A stretch of DNA of 62,857 bases, filler included, from Polymyxa betae A26-41 (lineage: Eukaryota; Protista; Endomyxa: Phytomyxea), in assembly GCA_003693705.1 (NCBI GenBank). It is 5 parts of 5 records of this genome, joined end to end, with 100 filler letters (N's around TTAATTAATTAA, not from the genome) between each part and the next. Parts side by side here need not be neighbours in the genome. Positions count along the whole stretch, not along the records: positions 1 to 29,620 come from RBZT01000105.1; 4 more parts are not named here. The stretch is one strand, 5' to 3'. Numbering within the stretch: the stretch's first letter is position 1; every line of letters begins with the position of its first letter. The position numbers and the translations under genes are program-made. Positions 13,461 to 26,003 of this stretch are shown here, piece by piece. A model generated the notes under the pieces. That model did no database searches. It was given only the letters and a program-made list of their open reading frames with translations, and was not told where the DNA came from.

Positions 13461-14600
13461 ATGTCCTACATCGCTGACGCTATCGTTGCCGTCCTGCTGA
13501 TCATGGGCGGCTGCAACGCCTTATCCCCATCGGCCCAATACACCTGCCTACGGCTGGTCTGCGACGGCATCATCGACGACGACCGCACGCTGGCGACGGT
13601 CGCGTTACTTTCCCGGCAAGGTCGCGACGTCACCCGCGACCGACTCCATGTGCTGGCCCGCGTTTTCAATCCGGTCCTCGACGACGATCAGCTCGTCGCC
13701 AACCTCGACGTACTGGTCCAGGACGGGAGCGCGACCCCCGAGCTGCGATCGCTTCTGCAGGCGGACGCGAATGCCTCGTACCTGGCGCGGCGTCTGTATC
13801 GGCTGCGCTTTCGGACTGCGTCGTGGGCCAAACCAACGCTGCGGTTCGTGGTCGAGGAGTGCGGCGGGACGGCTGTGGCGGAGTTCATGGTGGGCGTGGC
13901 CGTTTGCGATTTCATGGAGGCGTTGGAGGATTCCGACAGCGACGACGAGTCCGTCACGGACTTCGCGATCCGTGAGCAGCTGCTGTCCTTTCTGTTACCG
14001 TATTGCAGTGCGGTTTCTGCCGCGAGCTTTCCTGAAGGCGTGAAACAGGTCGGCGATCTCTGTCTCGAGCCGGATAATGAGAGCCGCGCTTGTGCGGCGT
14101 ATTTCACGCGACCGCATAAAGTCCGTGCTTACCTGCTACGCAATCCGGATCTAGTCCGTCACAATCCCTCGCTGTCAATGGCGCTCATGCGTTGCGGAGT
14201 CCGTCTCTGTCTCGGCGACGTTCTTCAGGTCGTACAGCCCCAGGCCACGGAGTTATACAGCATGCTGCCGTACTTGGAAGATTTACCGGACGGAATTCGT
14301 TTCCGTTTCAGCTCCTTGATGTTACACTACAACGTGGAGGTCATTGCGGAGTGCTTCCGCTCGCGTAATTTTCGTTACGCGTTCCAACGAGAGGACCAGT
14401 ACGACTACATATTGAGTGCGTGCCGGCGAGCGATTAACGCCGCCCGGTGCGAGGAATTACGTTTCATGGTCACGTTACCTGGCAGTCGTTGCTGGATCAC
14501 CGAGCCGATTGATGATGCGGGGAGTTCCCTTCTGCAGTACGCAGAGACACATGGGCGTTCTGACGCCGTGGCGGTTTTGCGATCGGTCTCTGCTAGTTAG
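13461..14600 (+). CDS. Secreted effector-like protein with C-terminal ankyrin-like repeat; paralog of 22218-23222
   Basis: Intronless GC-rich ORF; signal peptide MSYIADAIVAVLLIMGGCNA; C-terminal DDAGSSLLQYAETHGRSDAVAVL; colinear blocks shared with 22218. Confidence 0.8.
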   Translation: MSYIADAIVAVLLIMGGCNALSPSAQYTCLRLVCDGIIDDDRTLATVALLSRQGRDVTRDRLHVLARVFNPVLDDDQLVANLDVLVQDGSATPELRSLLQADANASYLARRLYRLRFRTASWAKPTLRFVVEECGGTAVAEFMVGVAVCDFMEALEDSDSDDESVTDFAIREQLLSFLLPYCSAVSAASFPEGVKQVGDLCLEPDNESRACAAYFTRPHKVRAYLLRNPDLVRHNPSLSMALMRCGVRLCLGDVLQVVQPQATELYSMLPYLEDLPDGIRFRFSSLMLHYNVEVIAECFRSRNFRYAFQREDQYDYILSACRRAINAARCEELRFMVTLPGSRCWITEPIDDAGSSLLQYAETHGRSDAVAVLRSVSAS

Positions 14601-17350
14601 GAGGGAAATCGGACTGGAATTTACGCAGTCAGCCCAGCGCAGATGAGCTTCTGGTGGTGATCTGCGGCCCTTCAGCAATGAATCATATCACAATACAGCC
14701 AGAAGAGCGAAAAATTTTCGAGATTTTTTTTCTAAAGTTTCGATAGCCTTCATACAAGAAATCGCTCCGATCTCTTGTCAAAGCGAAGGCGGAGGATGCT
14801 GATTGACTGCAGGTATGCAGCGTGTAAACCGTTACATTCCACTGAATAAGAAACGTAGTTTGCTGTTTCGAAAACTAGGCCTTTCGAACTCCCGCTTTTA
14901 CAGAACCGCGCGTATGATTTCAATACAAAAAATTCTATAACAAAATCGAACAGATAATGGCAGCCAAATCGTTTGTTGATGAAAGCGATGATATATTGAA
15001 TACGGCTCAACAAGAGCAACAGCCGAGAACGTCGTTCCGCGATGGCACTTAGTGGCTGGGTGAAATTTTGAAAAGTTTTCAGAACTATTCTCGCTATAGT
15101 TAGCGCTACCAAAACTGCTGCGGAATCATTGACAATGAAATCATAGAAGGTCAGTCTCAGGGAAGTTCACATTCTGAAGAAAGCGCTCGCTATCAGCCCT
15201 ACACTTGTTGTGTCCGCATACGTTACTATTACATGGCTGATGGAATTTCACTGTTATAAACAGACCGAGAAAGACATAACCTCAATTCATATAAACAATT
15301 TATTGAAACATGCGTGTTATTGCTAATAAAAGTTTAGAAGCTTACAGAATGAGTAATTGGGTAGAGTTTACTGTAGATAGAGCAGGACATTGTCCAGTAT
15401 GACCAGGACAGTAATTCTGTTGAAATTGATAATGATCTATATAATGTCCGAATATATGAGAGAAATAATTGACATCATTATTACAATGATGTTCAAGACA
15501 GTGTAATATTGGATATAGAGAATCACGGAGATATTCCTCCAGATCAGATGAAAGTTTCAATTCCGCTCCTTTAGGTAATCATTCATTCGCTGAAGGCACT
15601 CCAGCATAATCTTCTGTAATATATTCAGAAAATACAAATAAACTTGAACACAGTAATACCGTTTCAGATCCTTCTCAATAGACAATGAGAAAGTCCTTTT
15701 CTATCACGAACTAGTTGTGATTTTATCGAGTATTTAAACTTGTTACTGACAATGAGAGTCTCAAATCCGCACTGTTTCCTCTTGCTTGTCTGCCTAGAAC
15801 AATGCATCTCAAAACGACCATGCGAAAACGGATTTCCCCATCGCGATTGAAATGTCCGAAGATCATTCGGACAGCAGATTCTCCCACATGCAAGTACCGA
15901 GCAACATGTTCGCCGCAGCCAATGATCCCAGCTTATTGGTTGCTGGCTCAAATTCGGGTCGGTAATCTAGACGCGAATTCGTCATCATCAGGCTGCTTTT
16001 TCTGAATGAAAGTTTCAGAGGGAGATTCCGCATTCAATATGAAGAAATCTCACCAGAAAAAAAAGCACACAGAGTAGGGTAGTCTGTGATCTTTTCGACA
16101 TTAAAATCAAACAATTTCTGAACTTCATGCAGAACGAATGGCAGAGTGAGTTCCTTTGGCGATGAACGAAATTTCAAACGTTTCGAGGACGGTTTGTTGA
16201 AAGAGCCATCTCGGGCTGGATTCATCAACGGATCGGCAGATGAAAGTTTCGATTGGCATCGATCTCAATTCCGAATGTTCGAACCGACCCTATTCCAAGA
16301 CCATCCACGTTTCCGGGAGGCCCAGATCAATTTTCGATACAGATTCGCAATCAAAATCAGAATCTGTAATGTGCTGCGAGCAGAAAAGTTTGTTGAATTT
16401 CGCTCATATCCAGATCATCTCAATTCAGATTGTCAACAAATGGAGAGTTAAAGATGCATTGATCTGCATCATCAGAAGTTGAAGACAGGAATTGAAGTCC
16501 TTCATTATTCGGCTCTTTGATCTTATCTACAGTCAATAAACAGCCGGATAAAATGTTCCTGAAATTACCAGAAAAACTTGCAAAGAGATAACGGTAACAT
16601 CATGATCGAATGAAAACGGAAGGTCGGTTGGCGATGACGTCTCGTCAATACGAGGACGTTTTCGGGAGAGCGTTTGGACTAGATCATCATTCTGATGACG
16701 AAAATCTCAGCGAATTTGAAGACATGAAACATGATAAGGAAGCATTACATTGATAGATTCCTGAATAGGAGGTAAATCGGAACATTATCTGTATGATCTA
16801 ATAAAGATGTTGGTGTTGATAACGTTTTAATATCAGGTAGGAAGTCCAATATTTCATGAATTTCTTTCTCAATGAACATCTGGAAAAAACATAATTTCAT
16901 AATATAACAGATATATAATCATTTCATACATTAAAATCTATATCCAGATCAAATGAGGGATCAAAGAGATTGTTGAAAGAGGGAAAATCCGAATAATTTT
17001 GGATTGAATATGAATTATAGAGTATAGGTTCCTATAATGCATGTTAAAGCGATGTGATTATGTTTCTAACAGAGCAATCTTACTACAGTGTCAGAAACGT
17101 GGAGGACGGGAGGAGAGACAGTACCAGAAGTCTCTTCAAGATAGTCTGTAACATTACTTGGCCCTGAATCGAGGTATGCTGAGCATCAGGAAGACAATCG
17201 CTGTGCCAACCATTTCCAGGCAAATAGTCGGACTCCGGCGTTGCGATTTCGCGGTCATGGCAGAACAAAAAGTTGCGCGCAGTTTTGCTGATCCAAATAT
17301 ATCACAGAATCTAGGCTACTATTAATAATTTGCGGATATCTCACCCTACC

Positions 17351-18474
17351 CACTATGGGTCCCCGACCTGACGACCCAGTCNNACCCAGTCTATTGGCGA
17401 CCTGACAGAAATATGCGTAAACAAAAGTAAAAAAATAATTGTTGCGATCTGATTTAGTTTGCGAGTTTGCGGAAATTTTTGCGGTTTGCTGTTAGATTCC
17501 TATCTCTTTTTGTCTGGACATCATTTTCATGCCTTCGCTGTCGAGTGGCAGTGACAGTGGACCATGTACAGAACTGCCGCTAACCGACAATTCTCTCGCG
17601 AGCCTCATGGCCCAAGTTCGTCAAATGTGAGAATCGATTCTCCGAAACCACATTCGTGCAAACGAAATCATATCAACTAATACATCGAAATCGTACAAGT
17701 TGAATCCAAGCAATAGTGTATTGATTATTTATTGCATTAATAAAGCATCATCTCACTAGCAATAAATTAAATACAATTGAAAGCTAACATTAGAAATGCT
17801 AACAGAAAAAGTCTTGAAAAATATAATGGGCAAATTTTCGATGAAACGTTGTTACCGAAACCGGTGTGGCAGGCCTCGCAAGAGACATGAGGATGCTGCA
17901 GGTTTTGATATCGCGATGCATAATGTGATTTGTTGCAGCTAGATGAGATAGAAAAGCGTCCAAAAGAGATGAATGTGAAGCCGACAGGATGGCGAAAATT
18001 CGAAATCGATTAGGGTGATTGATGAGAGAGTTTGCAGTCAAACTATTGGGTGAAAGCGATCCATCGCAATTAATACTGTTTCACTAAGCATCTAAGCAAA
18101 CTGAATATATAATTCCAACAGCTCTATAGTCGTTAGTTTGGGTCTCGCTGAGAATGAGCATTTCTCTCGCCTGTCTGCCTATGCACTTCATCATCGTACG
18201 ATCGATGCTGTCCATTGCTGCAAACTCTGCTGCCGCTATCGTTTGCTGACAGCAGTTCCAGCTCCTTTTAAAAGAGAAAAAAACCATGTACTACTGTATT
18301 AAAAATGTATTCGCAAGTTGTCGATAGCCAAACCGCTCGCCGAATTTGGCCGTATGGTTTAGATATATATTGATATGGGTAGCTACCTGCGCTGTAAATA
18401 TGTCAACATATTTACAGGCTGAGCCTATAAATATGCGTTCATATTTGGGTCGCAGGTCGCGGGTCCTCACAGTG
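17351..18474. mobile_element. Non-autonomous CACTA/CMC-like element
   Basis: Left end CACTATGGGTCCCCGACCTGACGACCC; right end reverse complement CACTGTGAGGACCCGCGACCTGCGACCC; CC on both flanks (possible 2-bp TSD); repeated CGACC(T) subterminal motif. Confidence 0.55.
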
Positions 18475-18499
18475 CCACGGAAAAAGAATGGCGACCTGG

Positions 18500-19605
18500 A
18501 CCGTTTATATTTTGACCTACGATTGCTCTACGCTCTACGGATTGATCTACTCCGCGCACATTCGATTTTGCTCTACAAAGTGATCTACTTCCTTGAAAAT
18601 AATCCCTACTCCATTTTGATCTACAAATTGACCTACTAAACCCTAATCCTAACATATTTTGCGATATATTTGAATGCACGGCTGCTTTTCAGTCGTCATA
18701 TATTATAGTGCCTCCAATTTTTGTCAGTTTTGTGATTTGTCAATCGATGTTTCAACTCTTGGTCTCCAATTGATATTATGGTCAGAGACTGAAGACTCCC
18801 TACCGTGACGCTCTGCGAAATACTTCACTGTGAATGCGTGTATTGATTTCATTTGTCCGCCTGCATTTGTTTCCACGAACTGCATTATCCTAACGGATAA
18901 ATGCCAGGTTAGCAAAAATTCAAACATCACACCCAGCTGTTTAAAAATTCTTATAATAACTGATAGCAGAAGACGATGACGACGCGGCGGAGCCTGCTCG
19001 AGATTAAGGCAGTACGGCCGGCTGCAAGTTTGGGGTGTCGGGAGACATGTCGAGCCTGTTACTAAAGAGTTTTTTAAATCTATATAAACACTCACTTTCT
19101 GTTACCGTACTCGCTTCGTCGTCGAGGATTGTATCAAAAACTACACTGCCCGCTAACGTCTCGACTTTTAGCTCAGAGTTCCAATAATTGAAAAACAGCA
19201 AAAACCATTTCTGTTAAGTCGCGTCACGAATATCTGCATCAGCAGATAATTAAGCATCAGCCGAATTATCCGCATTTTGGTCACGTTGTCACCGAGAAAT
19301 AGCATCTAAATTATATATTCCAGGCCACAAATTCATGCAAGTTTACAAAGTCGGGTTAGGGTTTATAGGGTTTAGTAGATCAATTTGTAGATCAAATTGG
19401 TGATAGTAGATCATATTAGTAGATCGCAATTAACTGTCCGTGGAGTAGGTCAGAAATAGATCATTTTCGAGAATGTAGATCATTTTTGTAGGCCAATTGT
19501 CTGATTTCCGTCAAAATAGATCAAGTTATAGAGCAATTAAAAAAGTGCGCGGAGTAGATCAATCCGTAGAGCTTAGAGCAATCGTAGGTCAATTTAAATT
19601 TCCCC
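18500..19605. mobile_element. Foldback/MULE-like element with long modular terminal inverted repeats
   Basis: 18512-18559 matches the reverse complement of 19545-19592 at 47/48; second block 18614-18653 vs 19355-19397; arms built from GATCTAC/GACCTAC units. Confidence 0.75.
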
Positions 19606-21905
19606 AAAGAATCACTGTGTTGAACCCAGTCCCTAACCCCTATAAAAGCACCATTGACGGAAGTGTTGGAATGTGACTCGACATTGCTAGAAGCCTGGAA
19701 GGTTCCACGGAGTCGGAGTGCGTGAAGTGCGCAGGGGTCGTACGGCGTTCTTGGAATGTTCCGAGTAGTATTTAATCGACTTTTGTTTATAATAAACAGT
19801 TTAGTTGTGTTTCGGTCATCGAACTGTAGCATCGGTAGGCCTTCAAGGTAACGATGGCGAAGAGTGGGACGAAGGCACCAGCTCGCAGCTCTAGATCAGC
19901 GACTCCACGACTAGATGAGATAGACACCAGGCCCCACCCCTTTCAACAGGATGGTCGTACTGTGGAGGTTCGTCCAGTGATGAGATCTGCGAGGGTTAGG
20001 GTTTTTAGAAGGGCTCTCCAGACTCGCTCTGTCACTCTAACAATCAGGACTGAGCTATTGTTTGCATCACACATTTTAACAATTTCTGTTGCTTTGTTTA
20101 GTAATGCGTCGACGAAAGTGCAAAAAGATGCAAAAAAAGCCGTTTTTGCCAGAGTTTCTGTATCAGCAATTTGCCTTTGGCAATTCTTGCTCTGTTAGGG
20201 CTCAGTTCAAGTTTAGTACCTTTGTTATGACGTCTGTACAACAGGAGCCTTAGAGGATGGTTGAAATGGCGCCCCATCTCCTGATCGATCCCGCCTGCTT
20301 CAGCAGAGTGGGGTTTTTGTTCTGGACCTATTAGTGAATGTCGAGCTCTGTCCATTCTAAGGCACACCTCGCCATTTTCTGGAGAAACTTTTAAAATAAA
20401 ATACAATTCGGAAGGTTTCAAGTCTGAATCTATTTCTGAAAGATGAGTCAATCGATTGCTTTAAATTGAAAAAAATTGACTATTGGAGCGTCTTCTTCTT
20501 TAAGCTCATCAGCCCCGGAGCTAAACGTTTTCTATTTGGAAATGCGCAGTCGATTAGAACAGGGTGTGACTAACTCATTGAATCACGAAGATGGGGTCCA
20601 ATATGAGCTGGAAATGACAAATTTCAACAATGTCATGATTGGGGAGAGGACATCTATATCTGCCTGTCCGCTCACTGAGAGCCAGCTCACAGGCTGTATA
20701 AGTTACCACTTGCTAGAGATGGGGTAATGGGGTGACCCCTTTGGAATCCATTACTTACAAAACGATGACATCCTCAATCTTGATCATCGCCGTGGAATAC
20801 TTCATGAACTTTTTTATTTTTTTTTATTCAAGCCCGATCATTTGCGATGTCTTCTCGCCCGAATAGCATTCATACATTTCATAAAGCATCATCTAACAAA
20901 ATCACAGAAGAATAGAGATACCAACGCTACCAGCGATAGAACAACACAGTCCGGATCTCACCCACGCTAAATGACAAATTCCCGAAATCCGAATCTGCTG
21001 CAGATATATGAATGCCGCGCTAAGTCAATCGTGCCAATTATGACCATTACAGAGCCATGTTCAATAGCGGCTACTCCTCCTATAACGAACCTTCCCTCTC
21101 TCTCTCATTTGGTCTTCATATAACCAGTTATTCATTTAGACAGGGGCGTAGAGAGCCCGGATTGTAGGATTGCAAGAGGGATTCTTCATATTTTCAAGGA
21201 GGTTCATTGAAGATTTTTCCGTCTTCACATCGAAACCGCATCCGATCGAATTGAAGGCTGAACACGAAATTCTTGCCATTCCCACTCAGATTGTTTCTGG
21301 TTTCTATTATATAGATTTTATAGTTGAGAAGCAAATACGCAAAATAAAATTCATACAGGAAGCTGGCTGCCTGTTGACATCTCCAATGAAAGACAAACAG
21401 CGCATAAGCTTCGCATATTTCAATATGCAATTTGGAAAAATTTATAATACGCGAAGATCGTTAAGCATCAGCCATTGCCAGCTGAAAATCAGCGAAAAAA
21501 TGTGCCAAAAATTACAAATTAATATCACATACAATTGAGCTCTCCTATTGTGCAGCTGGTTGACATCAAATCGTCGTGCTCTACCAGGATCTTTTTCAGC
21601 GAATCTCGCTCTGGTTTGACCTTTGTAATTGAAACCGCACGAATTCCTCTCCCCTCAGCCCGCGAAATCAGTACCTCGTCATTTAAATCGTCAAAATATT
21701 CAAGGGTGGATCAGCCCAAATTTCATTTTGCCTTCTGCGGCAATTGGGTCGTCAAAATCGTCTGATACGATTCGCTTCTGTTACAGACGTACTAGCTGAA
21801 GTCATCCACGAGAAAATAACGTTATCAGCCGAGACATCAAACGCAAGCCGCCAAGGAGTGTTTCCGGATGTGACTGCCAAGGATTGATCTTGGATTAATC
21901 GGATT

Positions 21906-22175
21906 CGATCGTATAGGGATTAGAGGCTGCGTCTCACTCCTCAGCCCGAAGACAACCCCATCACCCCATCTAAGCCACTTGGTAGCTGCTCAGATCCGAT
22001 CGTATAGGGATTAATCCCGAGGCCGCGTCTCTCTCTCTGCAGCAGCCCACCAGCCCCCCAGACCACCCCATCGATATGATTCAAGGCACTAATCCATTAA
22101 TCTGATCCGATCGTATAGGGATTAATTCCGGAAGCTGCGTCTCAACAGCAGCCCCCCAGCCCCCAGACCACCCCA
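21906..22175 (+). repeat. Three tandem ~100-bp units directly upstream of the effector-like gene 22218
   Basis: Invariant core CGATCGTATAGGGATTA at 21906, 21997 and 22108, each followed by GCGTCTC...CAGCCC...ACCCC. Confidence 0.9.
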
Positions 22176-22217
22176 TTTATTATTCAAGTCTCTATTTCCA
22201 ACACCAGCCCTATCAGA

Positions 22218-23222
22218 ATGTCACCCTTAACTCTACTCCTGCTCGCATTAACCGCCCTGGTCGTGGCATTAGGGTCCGATCCGCCCTCCGAGCCGTCCAA
22301 CGGTCCCACCCATACTAAACTCATACGGTCGCTGTTCCAGACGGACACTGCGGACAAGGATCTGGTTCGCAACCTGGCCGTACTGGCCCAGGGTCAGGCC
22401 GCGCACAAGCCCGGCGTGAGACGTTACCTGGAGTTTCTGCTAACGGACCCGAATGCGTCGTATTTGGCGCGTCGTCTGCTCGAGTTACGTTACGAGGCGT
22501 TTGACGCGATCGAGGAGTCGCTGAAGGCGCTGGCCGTGATGGGCGCGGCGCAGAGCGTGGCGGAGTTCATGGCCGGATTCGTGACCTGTCAACTGATGGA
22601 TGACACCGACGACGATGTTGATAGCGAAGATCTGCGGCGTTGCGAACGCCTACTGGAGATCGTCGAGCCGTATTGCGGACCCGTCTCGGTCGCGGACATT
22701 CCGGAGAGCGTGGCGGTCAAAGGCGACCTCGACGACGCCACGTTACGTTTCCGTAAGCCGGGCGCTGTCAAGTCCTACATCGGCCGTCACTTCGACACCA
22801 TCCGTGGCAATCGGCCCCTGATCCGGACCTTGTTACGCTGCGGCGTCGACGTCACACTGCTGGACGTACTGACCCACCAATTGAAGAACGAGGACCTGAG
22901 AGTTTTGTTACCGTATCTGCACGGATTGCAGAGCGGAATTCGAGCCAGGCTCATCTATCTTTTACGTGACAATCGCTGGGCTGACATCGAGAGCGTTTGC
23001 TATGACCCGTGGTTTCGTTACACGTTTACGTGTCAGGATGAGGACGACTGTCAGTATCTGGTGGATGCCGCGAAACGGGCCATTCGCGGCCAACGTCTAG
23101 AGCAGCTGGAGTTCCTGATTTCGTTACCGGAAAGTCAGCACTGGGTAACGCCAGATCTCCGTGATGCCCTCGAAACCGCAAACTCTCTAGACGAGTTCAT
23201 TTCCGTTACAGGAGCTATGTGA
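22218..23222 (+). CDS. Secreted effector-like protein; paralog of 13461-14600
   Basis: Signal peptide MSPLTLLLLALTALVVALG; shared blocks NASYLARRL, VAEFM, PYC, LRCGV, LPYL..L..GIR, FRY.F. Confidence 0.8.
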   Translation: MSPLTLLLLALTALVVALGSDPPSEPSNGPTHTKLIRSLFQTDTADKDLVRNLAVLAQGQAAHKPGVRRYLEFLLTDPNASYLARRLLELRYEAFDAIEESLKALAVMGAAQSVAEFMAGFVTCQLMDDTDDDVDSEDLRRCERLLEIVEPYCGPVSVADIPESVAVKGDLDDATLRFRKPGAVKSYIGRHFDTIRGNRPLIRTLLRCGVDVTLLDVLTHQLKNEDLRVLLPYLHGLQSGIRARLIYLLRDNRWADIESVCYDPWFRYTFTCQDEDDCQYLVDAAKRAIRGQRLEQLEFLISLPESQHWVTPDLRDALETANSLDEFISVTGAM

Positions 23223-24954
23223 GCCGTTTTTTTGATTAAAAAAACAGCACGCTTGTGAATGTTACGTTACTGTAGGGTTTAGTAACTCGTCTTCAATTGA
23301 ATTGGAAGCGCAAAGAAGTTAATGTAGTCAAAATCCGTTAGGGTTAGGGTTTCTCTCTGACTGTGAATTCTAGACGCTGTCAAAAGTCCATGCATGATCA
23401 AAAATGCCCACGCAGTCTCGAATCGGCGAATGCAATTCTGTCAAAGGTGCGAGTTTCGTGAGAGACAGAAAATGGCCGTTATTGCTCTGTCAGCAATCTA
23501 TAACACACCAATAGTCGTCATTTCTGCGGTTAACAGTATCAGATAAGAATTCGAGAGGCCGCTGCAAGACGATCTTCATTTGGATTAGAAATTGGACAGA
23601 TAATGTTTTTTTCACCATTAAAGAAGCTTTTTTTGTTACAGTATCAAAAAAAGATTTGTTTTTTTCAATTTTTGTGCTTGTTTATCTCAATTCTACAGCA
23701 CATACCCTCTCAAAACAGGTTTCATAAACGTAGATTGGATTAGATTATAGAAGTTCTCTGATCTTGTTAACAGGCGGCGCTGTGTCCTGAGCGCGTGGCT
23801 GATAGTATTCAGGCATAAGCTTCATAATACAGCAAACTTTTGGTCGTGGTTCGAACCGGGGACTCTTTCTGGGTTTTGCAATGTGCTATCGGAGCGAGCT
23901 GTCTTCAACTATATTATAAACTTAGCTGGGATATGACGTTTGTAGTTTGGGATAGACTGAAAAAGAATGTCTTTCTGTTCTTGAGAAGAGATTTTGTCTA
24001 TAAAACCCGTTAAAATGGTTGTGTATCAAGAAATGTATCTGCAAACCTCTATTTTAAGCAGAATGTGAAAATTGGCACTCGTTTGCGCCCAATGATTATC
24101 AGATCGCATCAGCGAGCGATATCAAGATGGATTCCGATTCGTACTGACAAACCCTAACCAGCATCAACTCTGTTATTAGAAAAGTCTGATGTTGAGAATT
24201 CTGGGCCGCAATTTGGATCAGCCATCATGCAATGCATTGTCTTTTGTACGACGATCCATACGAGCACAGCGCTCGTATGAGAAAATGTGATGATCACAAA
24301 AGCCAAGTCATCTTGACTAGAAGGCGATTTGTATCTTGAACAAAATAGCAGAAAGTGTCATTAGCTGTGGATCTCGCTATGATATCCTACTTATAGTTAA
24401 CTCAAAATTATGCAAACGAGAGAATCAGAGCAATGTTTATTGAGATGGGTTTGCTGCAGCTGGCCCTCTGCCTATTGGTAGGGGCACCGCCAGCAGTGAT
24501 CACATAGGACTAACCTCTCAGGCGACTCCGTCGTGATGAAATCTCCAGAAACAACCTTCAATAGAAAGTCGTGATGAAGGCGATGGCGAAGGCGACCGAA
24601 TAGAGAGCGAGGAGGCGGTCCACCACGGCGAGAGCTTAACTGCGGCCACGGAGTTTACATGATACTGTCCCAAATGGTAACAGCGTACGCCAAGGCCATG
24701 TCGTACTGGAAGACCCCGTTCACACTCTCCGGACTGCGTAGGTAACGTCACTCCCAGTGGAAGTTTCCACGTCGGATGAGAGGGAAACGTTGCGAAAGCG
24801 ACGCCGCCTGTTACCTGTCGACGAATGGCTAAAAATAGCGCCGCCGACTGGTCGGAATGCTGCCGAGAAGTTGCCGCGGCAACAAATCCAGCGTCGCCTC
24901 CACTCGATTCTCTCATTCTGATTTCGTCGTGATTTCGCTCGTAACGATTCTCTG

Positions 24955-25191
24955 ATGAAGCTGTCCATAATGATGTTGCTGGGAGCCATGGGCGTCCTGC
25001 TGGCCGACGTCCAAGCCGCCGAACGTGGTGCGGATCTGAGCCCGCGATTCACTCAAGTCGCCGACGCTGTCAAAGGGCTGACCGAGGCGACGATTACCGA
25101 GCCGGATGATGATGATGATCCTCGAGACTGCATTTACTGCAGGAGTGTCTATACATGCCCGAGACATTGCGTTCGCAACGATGACTTTTGA
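24955..25191 (+). CDS. Small secreted Cys/His-containing protein
   Basis: Signal peptide MKLSIMMLLGAMGVLLADVQA; acidic tract; CIYC-x5-CPRHC; AATAAA ~50 bp downstream. Confidence 0.55.
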   Translation: MKLSIMMLLGAMGVLLADVQAAERGADLSPRFTQVADAVKGLTEATITEPDDDDDPRDCIYCRSVYTCPRHCVRNDDF

Positions 25192-26003
25192 AGGAAGCTG
25201 ACAAAGACCGCTATTGTGGAATCTCTTGAATCATCATCTCAATAAAGATTTGCTCCTAGATTAGCTCATTTTAACTATTGTAAAGATGGTTAGAAATTAA
25301 GCTGTAGCATTACATCGCCTTTCGTGGTCGTGCTGAAATTCCACGTTCAAGAGCTACGCTTGCAGACTGAAAAAAAAAACAATAAAGTCTCTGGAATGAA
25401 TGATCAATGAGGACGGCGTTTTTTCGAATCTTCGAGGTAGGCTGTGTTTCTGTATGGAAAAACAGGAGAGTTGTTTTCTGCATGAAGGGGGAGGCCCGGA
25501 TAAGAAACGGCTATAAATCCTATTCACGGAAGTTTCATTCTCAAATTCCACAGTTGATCGTGGTTGGCCTTCAGGTTTTCAGAATTTCAAAACACATTTT
25601 GTGTTTGAGGAAAAATGCGAATTGAAATGTTTGTTTTTCAACTGTTTGGAAAGATTGTCGTGAATCGTTGTAAGCTAAGAAGTGTATTGAGAATTGCAGA
25701 CGCTCTGTGATAGACGATCTATCAGTAATGTTTGCTGTTTTCAATTGCTTGGGATGATTCGGCCCGATGAAACCCTCCCAGGGAGCAGTTAGGGTTAGGG
25801 TTTTCCAAACGATCTTTGATCGGACTCAATTACAAAGCCTAAAACGTCTCGCGTGAATTGTTTTTCATGATCTAGGGTTTCGGCGCTCTGATGGCATTAG
25901 GGTTTCCTCCCCTGTTTAGGGTTTGGCACTTAACAGGTGCGTGACGGCTCTTCGGAAAGTTCTTCGCACTCGCCGTTCTCATTCACAATCTCCCTTCGCC
26001 ACG

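Noticed and set aside
19620-19880. Possible gypsy LTR and PBS (TATAAAA, AATAAA, TGGCGAAGAG)
   Set aside because: No second LTR or gag/pol evidence
21906-22175. CRISPR-like repeat-spacer array
   Set aside because: Spacers are homologous to each other, the context is eukaryotic and there are no cas genes
23790-23865. tRNA-like GGTTCGAACC box
   Set aside because: No cloverleaf could be built
24660-24730. LAYAVTI resembling a PIF1 helicase motif
   Set aside because: Lacks HKSQG and other helicase motifs
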